From a virus: a stretch of 64,000 nucleotides of DNA. Below the pieces are notes generated by a model, which was not told the DNA's origin, did no database searches, and saw nothing but the letters and a program-made list of their open reading frames with translations. Location: positions 33,992-97,991 of IMG/VR virus record IMGVR_UViG_3300005613_000019; one strand, 5' to 3'. Position numbers and translations under genes: made by a program. Numbering within the stretch: position 1 is the stretch's first letter; every line of letters starts with the position of its first letter. Below are positions 38,812-48,184 of this stretch, one piece after another.

Positions 38812-39162
38812 ATGGAAAATGAGTTAGACTTTACCCTTACTAAAGAGGAGTTTCTTGCTAAAAGGAATGAGATTACGCAAGAGGACATCTTAAATATTGC
38901 TGAACAGTTTTATGTTTTATTTAAAAGAAATAATTGGCAATGGCTAGATTCTAAATATGATCGATATTATGTTCCTACAGTTTTACAGATTGCTCATAAA
39001 ATAGGGTATTTATTTAATAGTATTGAAGAATTATTTGAAAAAAACAAAGTGAGTCAATGCCCTATTTATGCGTCTACTGGTAGGATAACAGTTACATTTT
39101 GTAAATTTTCATACCAAATTTCTGTTGAAATTAGCTTAGAAGCTTATTCAGAATGTTTTTAA
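38812..39162 (+). CDS. Hypothetical protein, paralog of 63047-63367
   Basis: NNWQW..Y.VPT..STGRI shared. Confidence 0.6.
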   Translation: MENELDFTLTKEEFLAKRNEITQEDILNIAEQFYVLFKRNNWQWLDSKYDRYYVPTVLQIAHKIGYLFNSIEELFEKNKVSQCPIYASTGRITVTFCKFSYQISVEISLEAYSECF

Positions 39163-39193
39163 AAAAATTATACTATAATAAAGGAGTTATTAA

Positions 39194-40486
39194 TTGAAAA
39201 AGATAATTATAGTAGTTTTGTTAATACTAAGTTGTAATCCTCAGTCTCCAGAATCTATATACCCAGAATGGTTTGATAAAGCAATTATAGTAACTTCAGT
39301 TGATGATAACCTTAATGCTTCGGATGGTAGTAGATTTATTCAAAAATTTAAGGATCTTGGTTATATACTACATATTTATAATACTAATACTACTCTATAT
39401 GAATTTCAAAATTATTTAAAGATATCGATAGATACTTTGTATCATACAGGTCATGGTAATTATGGTGATGTAATATTGGCTGATGAGAATGCTAACAGCT
39501 ATAATTCAAGAATAAGAGTTAAAAATACTATATTTGCTACTTGTTTAACCCTTAGTGATACGTCTTGGGCATATTCTATGCAGGATGAAGCTAAAAACTT
39601 AATGGGTTATACCAAAATTAGTTGGGATTTAGTAGATGATAAAATTGTTGATGAGTATGCAAAAGCTGTTGAATACGGATATAGTCCATCTTCAGCTTGG
39701 TATATGGCTAATGCCGTATTTGAGTCAGTTAATGACCGTTGGATTGTGTATACTAGAGAGTTAGATGGTGAGATTGTTGAATATTCTGCAAGAAATGAAA
39801 ACTATGAACAATTTGTAGTTGAGAACTACTCTAAGGTCATGGATAAAGTTTATGTAAGGACTGGCCTATTAAAAAGAGGTCTTTTTACCTTTAATCTATC
39901 TTATAATCCCTTTGACCGAGTTATTAATGATGTTAACTTTAAACTTAATATTAGATTTAAAGGTCTGTCAAGTCTGAAGACGACCAATATGTCGTCTTCA
40001 GACGCTGTTAACCTAGCTAAAAAACAAATAATTAAGTCTGATTTATTAAATACTGAACTATGGAAACCTAGAGTATTTCAAATTTTAAAACGTGAAATAC
40101 AAGATGAACATCACACTGTAGTTGGCTACAGTGTGATGTTTGTTAGAATGTATTATGGACTTCCTATTAAGAGTAATGATGTTTCAGATCACATTCTTGT
40201 ATTAGTCACTGAAGAGGAATCTTATGTAGTATCATATAAATGGTCTAAATACTTAATTTTAGAGGATTATGACTCTGACAAAATATTATCCTTTGAGGAA
40301 TCTGTTAAATCCTGGTTTAAGGAATCTGAAGTACACCTGAAGGACAAAAATCTTTACATCAAAGACTATTATGTAGTATTGGGCTTAGTAGATGATTCTT
40401 TAAAACCTTCGTATGATGTTGTACTAATGGATGGTTCAAGAATAATAATAAGTGCAGTAGATGAAAGCCTTATGATAGAGGAGTAA
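39194..40486 (+). CDS. Lipoprotein with caspase/gingipain-fold (His-Cys) peptidase-like N-terminal domain
   Basis: Lipobox ILSC; LYHTGHG and IFATC motifs; NLMGY. Confidence 0.55.
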   Translation: MKKIIIVVLLILSCNPQSPESIYPEWFDKAIIVTSVDDNLNASDGSRFIQKFKDLGYILHIYNTNTTLYEFQNYLKISIDTLYHTGHGNYGDVILADENANSYNSRIRVKNTIFATCLTLSDTSWAYSMQDEAKNLMGYTKISWDLVDDKIVDEYAKAVEYGYSPSSAWYMANAVFESVNDRWIVYTRELDGEIVEYSARNENYEQFVVENYSKVMDKVYVRTGLLKRGLFTFNLSYNPFDRVINDVNFKLNIRFKGLSSLKTTNMSSSDAVNLAKKQIIKSDLLNTELWKPRVFQILKREIQDEHHTVVGYSVMFVRMYYGLPIKSNDVSDHILVLVTEEESYVVSYKWSKYLILEDYDSDKILSFEESVKSWFKESEVHLKDKNLYIKDYYVVLGLVDDSLKPSYDVVLMDGSRIIISAVDESLMIEE

Positions 40487-40488
40487 AA

Positions 40489-41283
40489 ATGGCTAAACCT
40501 TTTTTGAAATGGGTAGGAGGTAAACAACAGCTGCTAAAGCATTTACATAACCAGTTACCCCGAAAATATGACTATTATATAGAGCCTTTTTTAGGAGGAG
40601 GAGCGTTGTTTTTTTCTATGTTCTCTAAAAAGGCTCTTATAGCCGATTCTAACGCTGAATTAATAAATGCATACATTGTAGTGCGTGATAATTTAGATGG
40701 GCTTATAGAGGCTCTCAGAACTCACGTAAATGATTCCGACTACTATTATAAGATCAGAGCCTTAAAACCATATGAATTAAGTTCTGTAGATAGGGCTTCT
40801 AGGTTTATATATCTAAATAAAACCTGCTATAACGGTTTATATAGGGTTAATAGTAAAAATGAATTCAATGTTCCTTTTGGCAAATACAAAAACCCTACTA
40901 TCTGCGATAGTAGGGTTTTAAAGGCTGCAAGCAGATCTTTACAAGGTGTAAATATTCAAGCAACTTATTTTCAAAACATTTTAACTAATATTCCTGAAAA
41001 TTCGTTTGTGTACTTAGACCCTCCTTATTTACCTGTCAAGTTTAATAGTTTTGTATCATATTCGAAAAAAGGTTTTGGCTTAGAAGAGCACGAGGCGTTA
41101 GCCTCGTGCTTTGAGGCTTTAACTGATAAAGGTGTTAAGATTTTGTTATCAAATTCAAATACAGATTGGGTTATTGATCGTTACTCTGACTATAAAATTA
41201 TTAAAGTAAATGCTAGACGATCTGTTAATTCTAACGGTAAAAAAAGAGGAGATGTTACGGAATTATTAATTCGTAATTATTAA
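40489..41283 (+). CDS. dam: DNA adenine methyltransferase (Dam/D12 class)
   Basis: LKWVGGK, YIEPFLGGGA, YNGLYRVN..FNVPFG, YLDPPY, LSNS. Confidence 0.95.
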   Translation: MAKPFLKWVGGKQQLLKHLHNQLPRKYDYYIEPFLGGGALFFSMFSKKALIADSNAELINAYIVVRDNLDGLIEALRTHVNDSDYYYKIRALKPYELSSVDRASRFIYLNKTCYNGLYRVNSKNEFNVPFGKYKNPTICDSRVLKAASRSLQGVNIQATYFQNILTNIPENSFVYLDPPYLPVKFNSFVSYSKKGFGLEEHEALASCFEALTDKGVKILLSNSNTDWVIDRYSDYKIIKVNARRSVNSNGKKRGDVTELLIRNY

Positions 41284-41286
41284 GAT

Positions 41287-41511
41287 ATGTCTGTTATTTA
41301 TTATATACAAATTATAATATTTATAGTTTCAATTATATGTAGTACTTCTTGTTTTATTTATATGTTATTCAAACTTCCAAAGTATTTTATATTAGTTGGT
41401 TGGTTTTATATAGTTATCCTTGCTATCTTTTTAAGTTTAATGTGGCCCTTAGTGTTTTTGTATAATTTAATTACACTGTATATGGAGAAATTTTCTGGAA
41501 ATAAACCTTGA
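41287..41511 (+). CDS. Two-TM membrane protein
   Basis: Hydrophobic ORF. Confidence 0.5.
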   Translation: MSVIYYIQIIIFIVSIICSTSCFIYMLFKLPKYFILVGWFYIVILAIFLSLMWPLVFLYNLITLYMEKFSGNKP

Positions 41512-41594
41512 CAACATCTTAAATTTTAGGTTAATATTCTTATTGTGAGTAAAAATACTGAAATGTGTAGGCACCTTGAAAGGCTAACTAACGT

Positions 41595-42158
41595 ATGATT
41601 TTTATTTTCTTTATTTTATTTTCTTTTTGTATGATCCAACCCCTTAATGCCTCCACCCTGGACTCAACGTCCGGGGTGGAGGCTGTTATTGTTAAATTAT
41701 TAAAATATGTGCCTAATCATAAATTAAGAAAAGATAAAAATTATTTACATGAATTTTCTAAAGCTTTAATATTTGCTGCTAATAAAGCAAACATACCTGT
41801 TGCTCTTGTAATAATGACTGCGTATAGAGAATCTACGTTTAAAACAGATATGGTTGGAAATATAGGTGAGTTGGGTATAATGCAATTACATGGGTTAGCT
41901 CAATGGAGACATTGTAAAAAAATTGAGGGACGTAAAATAAACCGAAAAGATTATAAAGATCAATTAATATGTGGCTCTCATTGGCTAAGATACTCAATTG
42001 ACTTGTGTGATGGATCATATTATCAAGGTATTTCATCATACATGACAAAAAATACATGTAAACCTAAACGAGGCTCAAAACTATCTAGGATAGTTTTGAG
42101 CCGTTTGAAACTTATGCAAAGAATTAATAATGGAACACTTAAAATAAAGGAAAAATGA
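41595..42158 (+). CDS. Lytic transglycosylase (SLT) with N-terminal signal/anchor
   Basis: AYRESTF, GELGIMQL, QLICGSHWL, ISSY. Confidence 0.8.
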   Translation: MIFIFFILFSFCMIQPLNASTLDSTSGVEAVIVKLLKYVPNHKLRKDKNYLHEFSKALIFAANKANIPVALVIMTAYRESTFKTDMVGNIGELGIMQLHGLAQWRHCKKIEGRKINRKDYKDQLICGSHWLRYSIDLCDGSYYQGISSYMTKNTCKPKRGSKLSRIVLSRLKLMQRINNGTLKIKEK

Positions 42159-42401
42159 ATGGCTATTAAATGCCCAAGATGTCACTCAAAAGAGTTTTAT
42201 TTAGTAATTGAGCCTGTTTATAGCTTTAAAATAAAAGATATAGGACTAGAAGACGTAATACCTGAGAAATTTGAGGATGAATGTACAAGCAAAACTCTAT
42301 TATGCGATGAATGTGGGTTTTCAGGTTGGATCAATGAATATTGGTTGGTTAAACACGGTGTTGTTTTAACTTTTGATTGGGAAGAGAAAGAGGAGGAGTG
42401 A
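42159..42401 (+). CDS. Zn-ribbon protein
   Basis: CPRC...CDECG. Confidence 0.6.
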   Translation: MAIKCPRCHSKEFYLVIEPVYSFKIKDIGLEDVIPEKFEDECTSKTLLCDECGFSGWINEYWLVKHGVVLTFDWEEKEEE

Positions 42402-42493
42402 GAGGAAACAATTTAATGATGCTTATTTATATGTGTTAAAACAAATAATATTATTTTTAGTATTTATTAAATTTTTGTAAGGGGTATCTTAAA

Positions 42494-42676
42494 ATGATAA
42501 AGATATTTAATTTTAAATGTGAGAAATGCAATTATGAAATTGAAGAATTTATTGACACGGCTGAAAAAATAGAGTATGTTAAAACATGTCCTAAATGTAA
42601 AAGTAAAATGAAAATATTTAATTTAAAAAATAATTGTGGGCGCTGGAGATATGTAGATTCCGTTAGGGGAGACTAA
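42494..42676 (+). CDS. FmdB-like Zn-ribbon protein
   Basis: IFNFKCEKCNYEIE...TCPKCKS. Confidence 0.7.
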   Translation: MIKIFNFKCEKCNYEIEEFIDTAEKIEYVKTCPKCKSKMKIFNLKNNCGRWRYVDSVRGD

Positions 42677-42679
42677 AAG

Positions 42680-42967
42680 ATGAATGATAGTAAAGATAGA
42701 TGCTCAACTTGTGGATATTACGATATTATGAATGGGTTATGTTTACTTCCTAATAATGGGGGCATGGGTGTTCCTAAAAGAGGTACAGATTATTGTCCTT
42801 CTTGGATTCCGTATAAAAAAGAGTGTAATAAAGACTGCAAAGATTTGAGTTATGATGATCTTTGTAAAGGTCGTTGTGAATCATGTAAAGATTGTGATTC
42901 TGGAGATAATGATATTGATGATAATTATTGGCCTTTGTACGGTGCAAACCCTTTTAGTTCAGACTAG
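42680..42967 (+). CDS. Cys-rich hypothetical protein
   Basis: Multiple CxxC. Confidence 0.55.
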   Translation: MNDSKDRCSTCGYYDIMNGLCLLPNNGGMGVPKRGTDYCPSWIPYKKECNKDCKDLSYDDLCKGRCESCKDCDSGDNDIDDNYWPLYGANPFSSD

Positions 42968-42976
42968 AGGTTTAAA

Positions 42977-43537
42977 ATGAAAACATCACTACACAAAAAG
43001 TTATTTGCTAAAAAATATGTTGAGTTAACTGATAAAGGTGTTAGTATTTTTTCAAAAAGTGACCATTGGACTTCTTTATGGAGATTTATTCATTGGTTTT
43101 TGAAAATTATTACTTTTAATCAAATGACTAATTTTTATACTAGCTTTACTACGACTATAGGTAAAAATATTGCTTTTCATTCAGGTTGGTCACCTATTAG
43201 TGTAGGTGCTAGAGATTATGTTATTCTTTGTCATGAAGAAAAACATGTTGAACAATATATTAAATTTGGACTTGGTAATGTTAAATTAGGTGTTGTTGTG
43301 ATGGGCTTTTTGTATTTGTTTGTGTTTATTCCCGTAGTTGGGGCTTGGTTTAGGTATTATTTTGAAAGAGAAGCTTATTTGGCAGGTATTAGAGCTTGGC
43401 AACGTTTAGGTAAAGACCCAGATATTGAACTTTATGTAGATGTGTTAACAGGCCCAAACTACGTTTGGGCCTGGCCTTTTAAAAAAAGTGTAAGGAAGTA
43501 TTTTAAAAAACATTTATATTATTATAATGAGGAGTAA
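42977..43537 (+). CDS. Membrane-associated zincin-like (HExxH) protein
   Basis: TTTIG..I, ILCHEEKHVEQ, TM helix, FEREAY. Confidence 0.7.
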   Translation: MKTSLHKKLFAKKYVELTDKGVSIFSKSDHWTSLWRFIHWFLKIITFNQMTNFYTSFTTTIGKNIAFHSGWSPISVGARDYVILCHEEKHVEQYIKFGLGNVKLGVVVMGFLYLFVFIPVVGAWFRYYFEREAYLAGIRAWQRLGKDPDIELYVDVLTGPNYVWAWPFKKSVRKYFKKHLYYYNEE

Positions 43538-43541
43538 TTAA

Positions 43542-43757
43542 ATGATTGATAATAGTAGATCAGTAATCAGAAATACTATAGGCTATGGCGATAATATTTC
43601 TAAAAATTTGTATAATAGATCTATTTTAGAAGAAAGACTAAGTAATCTTAAAGCTTCTATAGATTTATATATTGCTAACGGTATTGGATCTAACTTTATA
43701 GCGTCTTGGATGAATGAGGTTATTAAAATTGAAAGAGAATTGAAATATGGAAGATAA
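43542..43757 (+). CDS. Hypothetical protein
   Basis: GAGGAG RBS; operon. Confidence 0.5.
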   Translation: MIDNSRSVIRNTIGYGDNISKNLYNRSILEERLSNLKASIDLYIANGIGSNFIASWMNEVIKIERELKYGR

Positions 43758-44010
43758 GAAGTTTTTACCGTCTGCTATAGAGTATCAAATGCTGGAAGAT
43801 CATATTATGGGGACCAATTTAGATCTAATTCCATATTATCCTAGTTATCCTCCTTTAGAAAAATATAAACCTTGGTGGGAGCCTTTTAATCCCAATATTG
43901 AACCTTATGTTGATAGTACCGGAACTAGTGATACTATAAAATTAAAGCCTTGTTCTACTGATTGTTCTGATTGTTCTAAATGTCTTTATGAAAAAAATGA
44001 AAAAAGTTAA
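43747..44010 (+). CDS. Hypothetical protein
   Basis: Overlapping operon ORF. Confidence 0.5.
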   Translation: MEDKKFLPSAIEYQMLEDHIMGTNLDLIPYYPSYPPLEKYKPWWEPFNPNIEPYVDSTGTSDTIKLKPCSTDCSDCSKCLYEKNEKS

Positions 44011-44239
44011 TATAAAGGAGTTGTTTATGAGGAGAGTTTTAGTATATAAAGAAACTAATAATAAATATTTTGAGGCATATGAAGGATGGTTTCATCAATG
44101 GGTATATCCTGAAAATTTAGTGTATGCACTTGTTGAAAGATCTAATGGTAATATTGATATGGTTAAATTAAATTTAATTAAGTTTTTAGATACTCCAACT
44201 ATTAATGTAGTGGAAGAGAGGTCTGAAAGGCATTATTAA
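43988..44239 (+). CDS. Hypothetical protein, paralog of 62099-62293
   Basis: EGWFHQW...ALVE motif. Confidence 0.55.
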   Translation: MKKMKKVNIKELFMRRVLVYKETNNKYFEAYEGWFHQWVYPENLVYALVERSNGNIDMVKLNLIKFLDTPTINVVEERSERHY

Positions 44240-44241
44240 AA

Positions 44242-44421
44242 ATGAGTAATAATAGTAATAGTGGCAATATTGGTTTAGGTGGAGTTTTATTTATTGTCTT
44301 TTTAGTTTTAAAATTGACAGGTATCATTTCGTGGTCGTGGTGGTGGGTAACTTCTCCGCTTTGGATAAGTTTTATTATTATTTTTATTATTGCTGCTATT
44401 TCAGCTTTAGTTATTAAATAG
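44242..44421 (+). CDS. 59-aa membrane protein (transmembrane Fragile-X-F-like)
   Basis: LFIVFLVLKLTGIISWSWWWVTSPLW; below the ORF-track cutoff. Confidence 0.75.
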   Translation: MSNNSNSGNIGLGGVLFIVFLVLKLTGIISWSWWWVTSPLWISFIIIFIIAAISALVIK

Positions 44422-44439
44422 TTTTATCGAGGACTTAAA

Positions 44440-44637
44440 ATGAAGAATTTAAAAAAAGAAGTAAGGGATAAGGTTGTGGATCAGGTTTGGGTTCAGATTG
44501 GGGATCATTTTATGGATCTGGTTTGGTGGCAGGTTAAGGAGCAACTTTGGGGGCCGATTTGGGATCATGTTAGGTGGCAGGTTTTGGATTGTGTTAAGGA
44601 GCATATTTGGGATCAACTAAAGCAGGATTTAAAATGA
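44440..44637 (+). CDS. xxQV-repeat microprotein, copy 1
   Basis: MKNLKKEVRDKV...QLKQDLK; ATGA overlap with next copy. Confidence 0.75.
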   Translation: MKNLKKEVRDKVVDQVWVQIGDHFMDLVWWQVKEQLWGPIWDHVRWQVLDCVKEHIWDQLKQDLK

Positions 44638-44807
44638 AGAATTTAAAAAAAGAAATAAGGGATAAGGTTGTGGATCAGGTTTGGGTTCAGATTGGGGATC
44701 ATGTTAGGTTTCATGTTACGGATCTGGTTTGGTGGCAGGTTAAGGAGCAGGTTTGGCGTCAGGTCGGCCAAGTCCTCGGGGATCAACTAAAGGATGATTT
44801 AAAATGA
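44634..44807 (+). CDS. xxQV-repeat microprotein, copy 2
   Basis: ATG 44634 overlaps TGA 44635-37. Confidence 0.75.
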   Translation: MKNLKKEIRDKVVDQVWVQIGDHVRFHVTDLVWWQVKEQVWRQVGQVLGDQLKDDLK

Positions 44808-44977
44808 AGAATCTAAAAAAAGAAATAAAAGATCAAGTTTGGGATAAGACTAGGGAGCAGGTTTTTGAGCAGGTTTGTTATCCGGTTAAGGAATATGTTT
44901 GGGATCAGACTTGTGGGACGGTTTGTAGGGAGGTTAGGTGGCGGGTTAGGGAGCAACTAAAGAATAATTTCAGATGA
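44804..44977 (+). CDS. xxQV-repeat microprotein, copy 3 (57 aa, not in ORF track)
   Basis: MKNLKKEIKDQVWDKTREQVFEQV...EQLKNNFR. Confidence 0.75.
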   Translation: MKNLKKEIKDQVWDKTREQVFEQVCYPVKEYVWDQTCGTVCREVRWRVREQLKNNFR

Positions 44978-45162
44978 AGAATTTAAAAAAAGAAATAAGG
45001 GATAAGGTTGTGGATCAGGTTTGGGTTCAGATTGAGGATCATGTTACGGATCTGGTTAGGTGGCAGGTTAAGGAGCAACTTTGGGGGCTGATTTGGGATC
45101 ATGTTAGGTGGCAGGTTTTGTGGCATGTCTGGTTTAAACTAGAAGATCAACTAAAGGAGTGA
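44974..45162 (+). CDS. xxQV-repeat microprotein, copy 4
   Basis: MKNLKKEIRDKV...LEDQLKE. Confidence 0.75.
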   Translation: MKNLKKEIRDKVVDQVWVQIEDHVTDLVRWQVKEQLWGLIWDHVRWQVLWHVWFKLEDQLKE

Positions 45163-45169
45163 TTATTAA

Positions 45170-45418
45170 ATGAAAACAAATAAATTTAATAATATAACTG
45201 AGCTTGGTAATTACATTATTTTAAAAACGCTATCTAAAGCCTTATACGAAAAAAATATAATTGAAATAGAATTAAGATATGCTTTTATAGCTGAAGATCT
45301 GTTAGACCTGTCTGAAGATGATAAAACAGAGCTTCATCACGAAATGTTATCTATACGGGCTGAGATAACTAATGAATTTGAAGGGAGGGCGTTAGCCCTC
45401 ATTAAAAAGGAGGGATAA
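45170..45418 (+). CDS. Hypothetical protein
   Basis: AAGGAG RBS. Confidence 0.55.
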   Translation: MKTNKFNNITELGNYIILKTLSKALYEKNIIEIELRYAFIAEDLLDLSEDDKTELHHEMLSIRAEITNEFEGRALALIKKEG

Positions 45419-45802
45419 TTGAATTTGTTTTCATTTTTTAAAAAGAAACCTAAACGCTGTCTTGAACAAAGAATATTGATGCTTGAAGCAAGCATCAATA
45501 TTCTGGATGAATCTATTGTAGAGATTAGAAAACATCTTAAACAACTAGAAGACGATGTTCCAATTACTAAAGAATTTGCTGAGTTAATTAAAAATCAATT
45601 TTCTAGCATAGTTGATAACTTTTCAATTATTAAAGAAACGTCAGAATCTACAATACCTTCTATAAACTCACATAAGGAGGCTATAGAGTTATTGGCTGCC
45701 CAAACAGAAATGAACACTATGTTACTAATTCAGTTGACTAAATCTCTTTTAGATGGTAATATAATTACTGAGGACGATGTAAAACCTCAACAGTTAAATT
45801 AA
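45419..45802 (+). CDS. Coiled-coil hypothetical protein
   Basis: AAGGAGG RBS, TTG start. Confidence 0.55.
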   Translation: MNLFSFFKKKPKRCLEQRILMLEASINILDESIVEIRKHLKQLEDDVPITKEFAELIKNQFSSIVDNFSIIKETSESTIPSINSHKEAIELLAAQTEMNTMLLIQLTKSLLDGNIITEDDVKPQQLN

Positions 45803-45821
45803 AATCTAAGGAGTTTAAAAA

Positions 45822-46478
45822 ATGGATCGAAGATCGTATGAAGTTTATGTAAGTCTTAGTAGTATAGATAAAAAAGTAGCAGAAGATTTTTTATACAAAA
45901 CTTTACAATATCAAATACTCAGATTTATGATGGATGATATACGATCAATCCTCAATATAGATTCTAACGAATCTATATTGAGGGCAGTCAAGGAGGTAGC
46001 CAAACATCTTAATAAAGAACTTGACAAAACTAACCAGCTTGAGAGGTATACTCAAACTGGTGAAATTAGTAAAGCTTCTATAGATAAAGTTGTTAAAACT
46101 GTTGAAGAGGGTGTATCAGAAGAGAGGATGCCTAAAGAGGTGAAGACACCAGAATCTGGTGTCTTCACTTATAATGTTAAGAAGCCTTATGAGAGTAGTA
46201 AGATAAAGTATAAAGACGGTAAAGTTAAAAATAATAAAATATATAATATTAATAAAAATAGAAAAGATATTATAGATGAACTAGAGGACTTAGGTGTAGA
46301 ATATAGGATAAAAGATAGTACTCGTAGATTGCAGAGACGGCTAGATAGATTTAAAAGCAGGAGAAAAGAAGACAAAAAACCTGAAAAAGATAAAATAATA
46401 GAAGACTTCATTAATAATAAGAAATCTTACCATGTAGAATCGGAACATAAGAAAAACATAATAAGAGGGTGGAATTAA
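45822..46478 (+). CDS. Hypothetical protein with basic C-terminus
   Basis: AAGGAG RBS. Confidence 0.6.
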   Translation: MDRRSYEVYVSLSSIDKKVAEDFLYKTLQYQILRFMMDDIRSILNIDSNESILRAVKEVAKHLNKELDKTNQLERYTQTGEISKASIDKVVKTVEEGVSEERMPKEVKTPESGVFTYNVKKPYESSKIKYKDGKVKNNKIYNINKNRKDIIDELEDLGVEYRIKDSTRRLQRRLDRFKSRRKEDKKPEKDKIIEDFINNKKSYHVESEHKKNIIRGWN

Positions 46479-46479
46479 T

Positions 46480-47442
46480 ATGAGACTTGAAGACATAGGA
46501 TTTTATACGCTTTCAGATGATCGTGCTATTAATGTAAGCTTAAAAACTCCTTTATCTAGGTGTGAGTTAATATTAACTGATGCTTGTAATTTTAAATGTC
46601 CTTATTGTAGGGGCTTAAGATCTGATTGTAAGGGTACTATGCCTTTTGAAAAGGCATCGAGTGTTGTTAAATATTGGACAGATGAAAATTTAATTAATAT
46701 ACGATTTTCAGGAGGTGAGCCTACCTTATATAAGCGTTTATCTGATTTAGTTAGCCAGGCTAGAGACAATGGAGTTAAGAGGATTGCTGTATCTACTAAT
46801 GGGTCTGCAAACTGGAATAAATACAGTGAATTAATTGATGCGGGTGTTAATGACTTTTCAATTTCGTTAGATGGGTGCTGTGCTTCTGTAGGTGATATAA
46901 TGGCTGGAGGTATTTCTGGAGCCTGGGATAGGGTTATTGAAAATATCATGAAAATATCTTCTAAAACATATTGTTCTGTAGGTATGGTCTTTACAGAAGA
47001 TAACATACATGATTGTTTGAATTCTGTAAAGTTTGCAGATTCTTTAGGCGTATCTGATATTAGAGTTATTCCTAGTGCTCAATATAATAAGGCTTTAAAT
47101 GCTTTAGCTGAATTAGGAAAAGATTTTTTAACGAAATATCCTATTTTGAATTATCGTATTAATAATATTAAAGAGGGTAGGCATGTTAGAGGAATTCCTA
47201 AAGGAAATAAAGATAGATGTTGGTTAGCTTTAGATGATATGGCTATCTCTGGTAACTGGAATTTTCCTTGTATTATCCATCTACGTGAAGGTGGAAATCC
47301 TGTAGGTAAAATAGGACCTAATATGAGAGAAGAAAGATTGGCTTGGTTAAAAAGTCATGAACCTTGGAAAGATCCAATTTGTAAAAATAATTGTTTAGAC
47401 GTATGTATTGATCATAATAAAACTGCGTCGTTATATAAATGA
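46480..47442 (+). CDS. Radical SAM protein with C-terminal Cys cluster (SPASM/twitch-like)
   Basis: CNFKCPYC, FSGGEP, STNG, ISLDG; CW..FPC..ICKNNCLDVC. Confidence 0.9.
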   Translation: MRLEDIGFYTLSDDRAINVSLKTPLSRCELILTDACNFKCPYCRGLRSDCKGTMPFEKASSVVKYWTDENLINIRFSGGEPTLYKRLSDLVSQARDNGVKRIAVSTNGSANWNKYSELIDAGVNDFSISLDGCCASVGDIMAGGISGAWDRVIENIMKISSKTYCSVGMVFTEDNIHDCLNSVKFADSLGVSDIRVIPSAQYNKALNALAELGKDFLTKYPILNYRINNIKEGRHVRGIPKGNKDRCWLALDDMAISGNWNFPCIIHLREGGNPVGKIGPNMREERLAWLKSHEPWKDPICKNNCLDVCIDHNKTASLYK

Positions 47443-47580
47443 CTTTTAATGAAAGGATTTATTATGTCAGAAGACCAAGAATTAAAACAAATTATTAAAG
47501 AATGTAAACAATCAGATTGGAGGTTTTTAATAGGAATCTTAGCTACGGTAGCTTTAGCAGTTGTTTGGGTTTATTTTTTA

Positions 47581-47853
47581 TTAAATCCCATATTTTAATA
47601 ATTTATCTAGTTCTTCTATTACACCTTTAATTGCATCTTGTCTAATTCCTACAGCCTCCCATAGCTCTTCTAGCTTCTCTAAATTAAAACGTGACCTGTA
47701 CCTCTTACTCGGCGGACATAAGTATACAGCAACCCGTGAACAGGCTTCTGGTAGATCTTTTTCAAGTATTTTGCTGAATGCTTCTTTGAGGTCTAGTAGA
47801 GAACGGCTTTGAATGGCTTGGTTTAACAAATTTATTTGTTTTTTATCAAGCAA
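47581..47853 (-). CDS. Hypothetical protein
   Basis: ORF track. Confidence 0.5.
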   Translation of the reverse strand: MLDKKQINLLNQAIQSRSLLDLKEAFSKILEKDLPEACSRVAVYLCPPSKRYRSRFNLEKLEELWEAVGIRQDAIKGVIEELDKLLKYGI

Positions 47854-47856
47854 TTT

Positions 47857-48177
47857 TTAATCCTTTTCTAATGACTTTGGTATTTCTAATATCTGATAAG
47901 GTTGTGCATGTTCTTCGAACACGCATCCCTTTAACACTATTACGTCTTCAAGATGCTCCGAATCAAACCTTCGACAAAGCTCAGGTTTGTGGTCATGTAT
48001 AGAACATTTATTATTTTTTAGGTGTGGACAAGGATTATATTGAATTAAAATGTTTTTCTCTGGCAATACTTCGAAACCTCTGGTTTCGAAGTATTGCTTT
48101 AGGTCTTTATCGAAGTCAGACGATATTTGAAATACTAGATATTTACAACATCTCCCACATTGTTTACACTTAAGCAT
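47857..48177 (-). CDS. YkgJ/FliB-like CxxCxxCC cysteine-cluster protein
   Basis: CKQCGRCC...CPHL..NKCSIH..KPELCRRF. Confidence 0.85.
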   Translation of the reverse strand: MLKCKQCGRCCKYLVFQISSDFDKDLKQYFETRGFEVLPEKNILIQYNPCPHLKNNKCSIHDHKPELCRRFDSEHLEDVIVLKGCVFEEHAQPYQILEIPKSLEKD

Positions 48178-48184
48178 CTAAAAA

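Noticed and set aside
46480-47442. Viperin-like antiviral enzyme
   Set aside because: It lacks the viperin N(Y/F/W)H motif before the CxxxCxxC and has a Cys-rich C-terminal extension.
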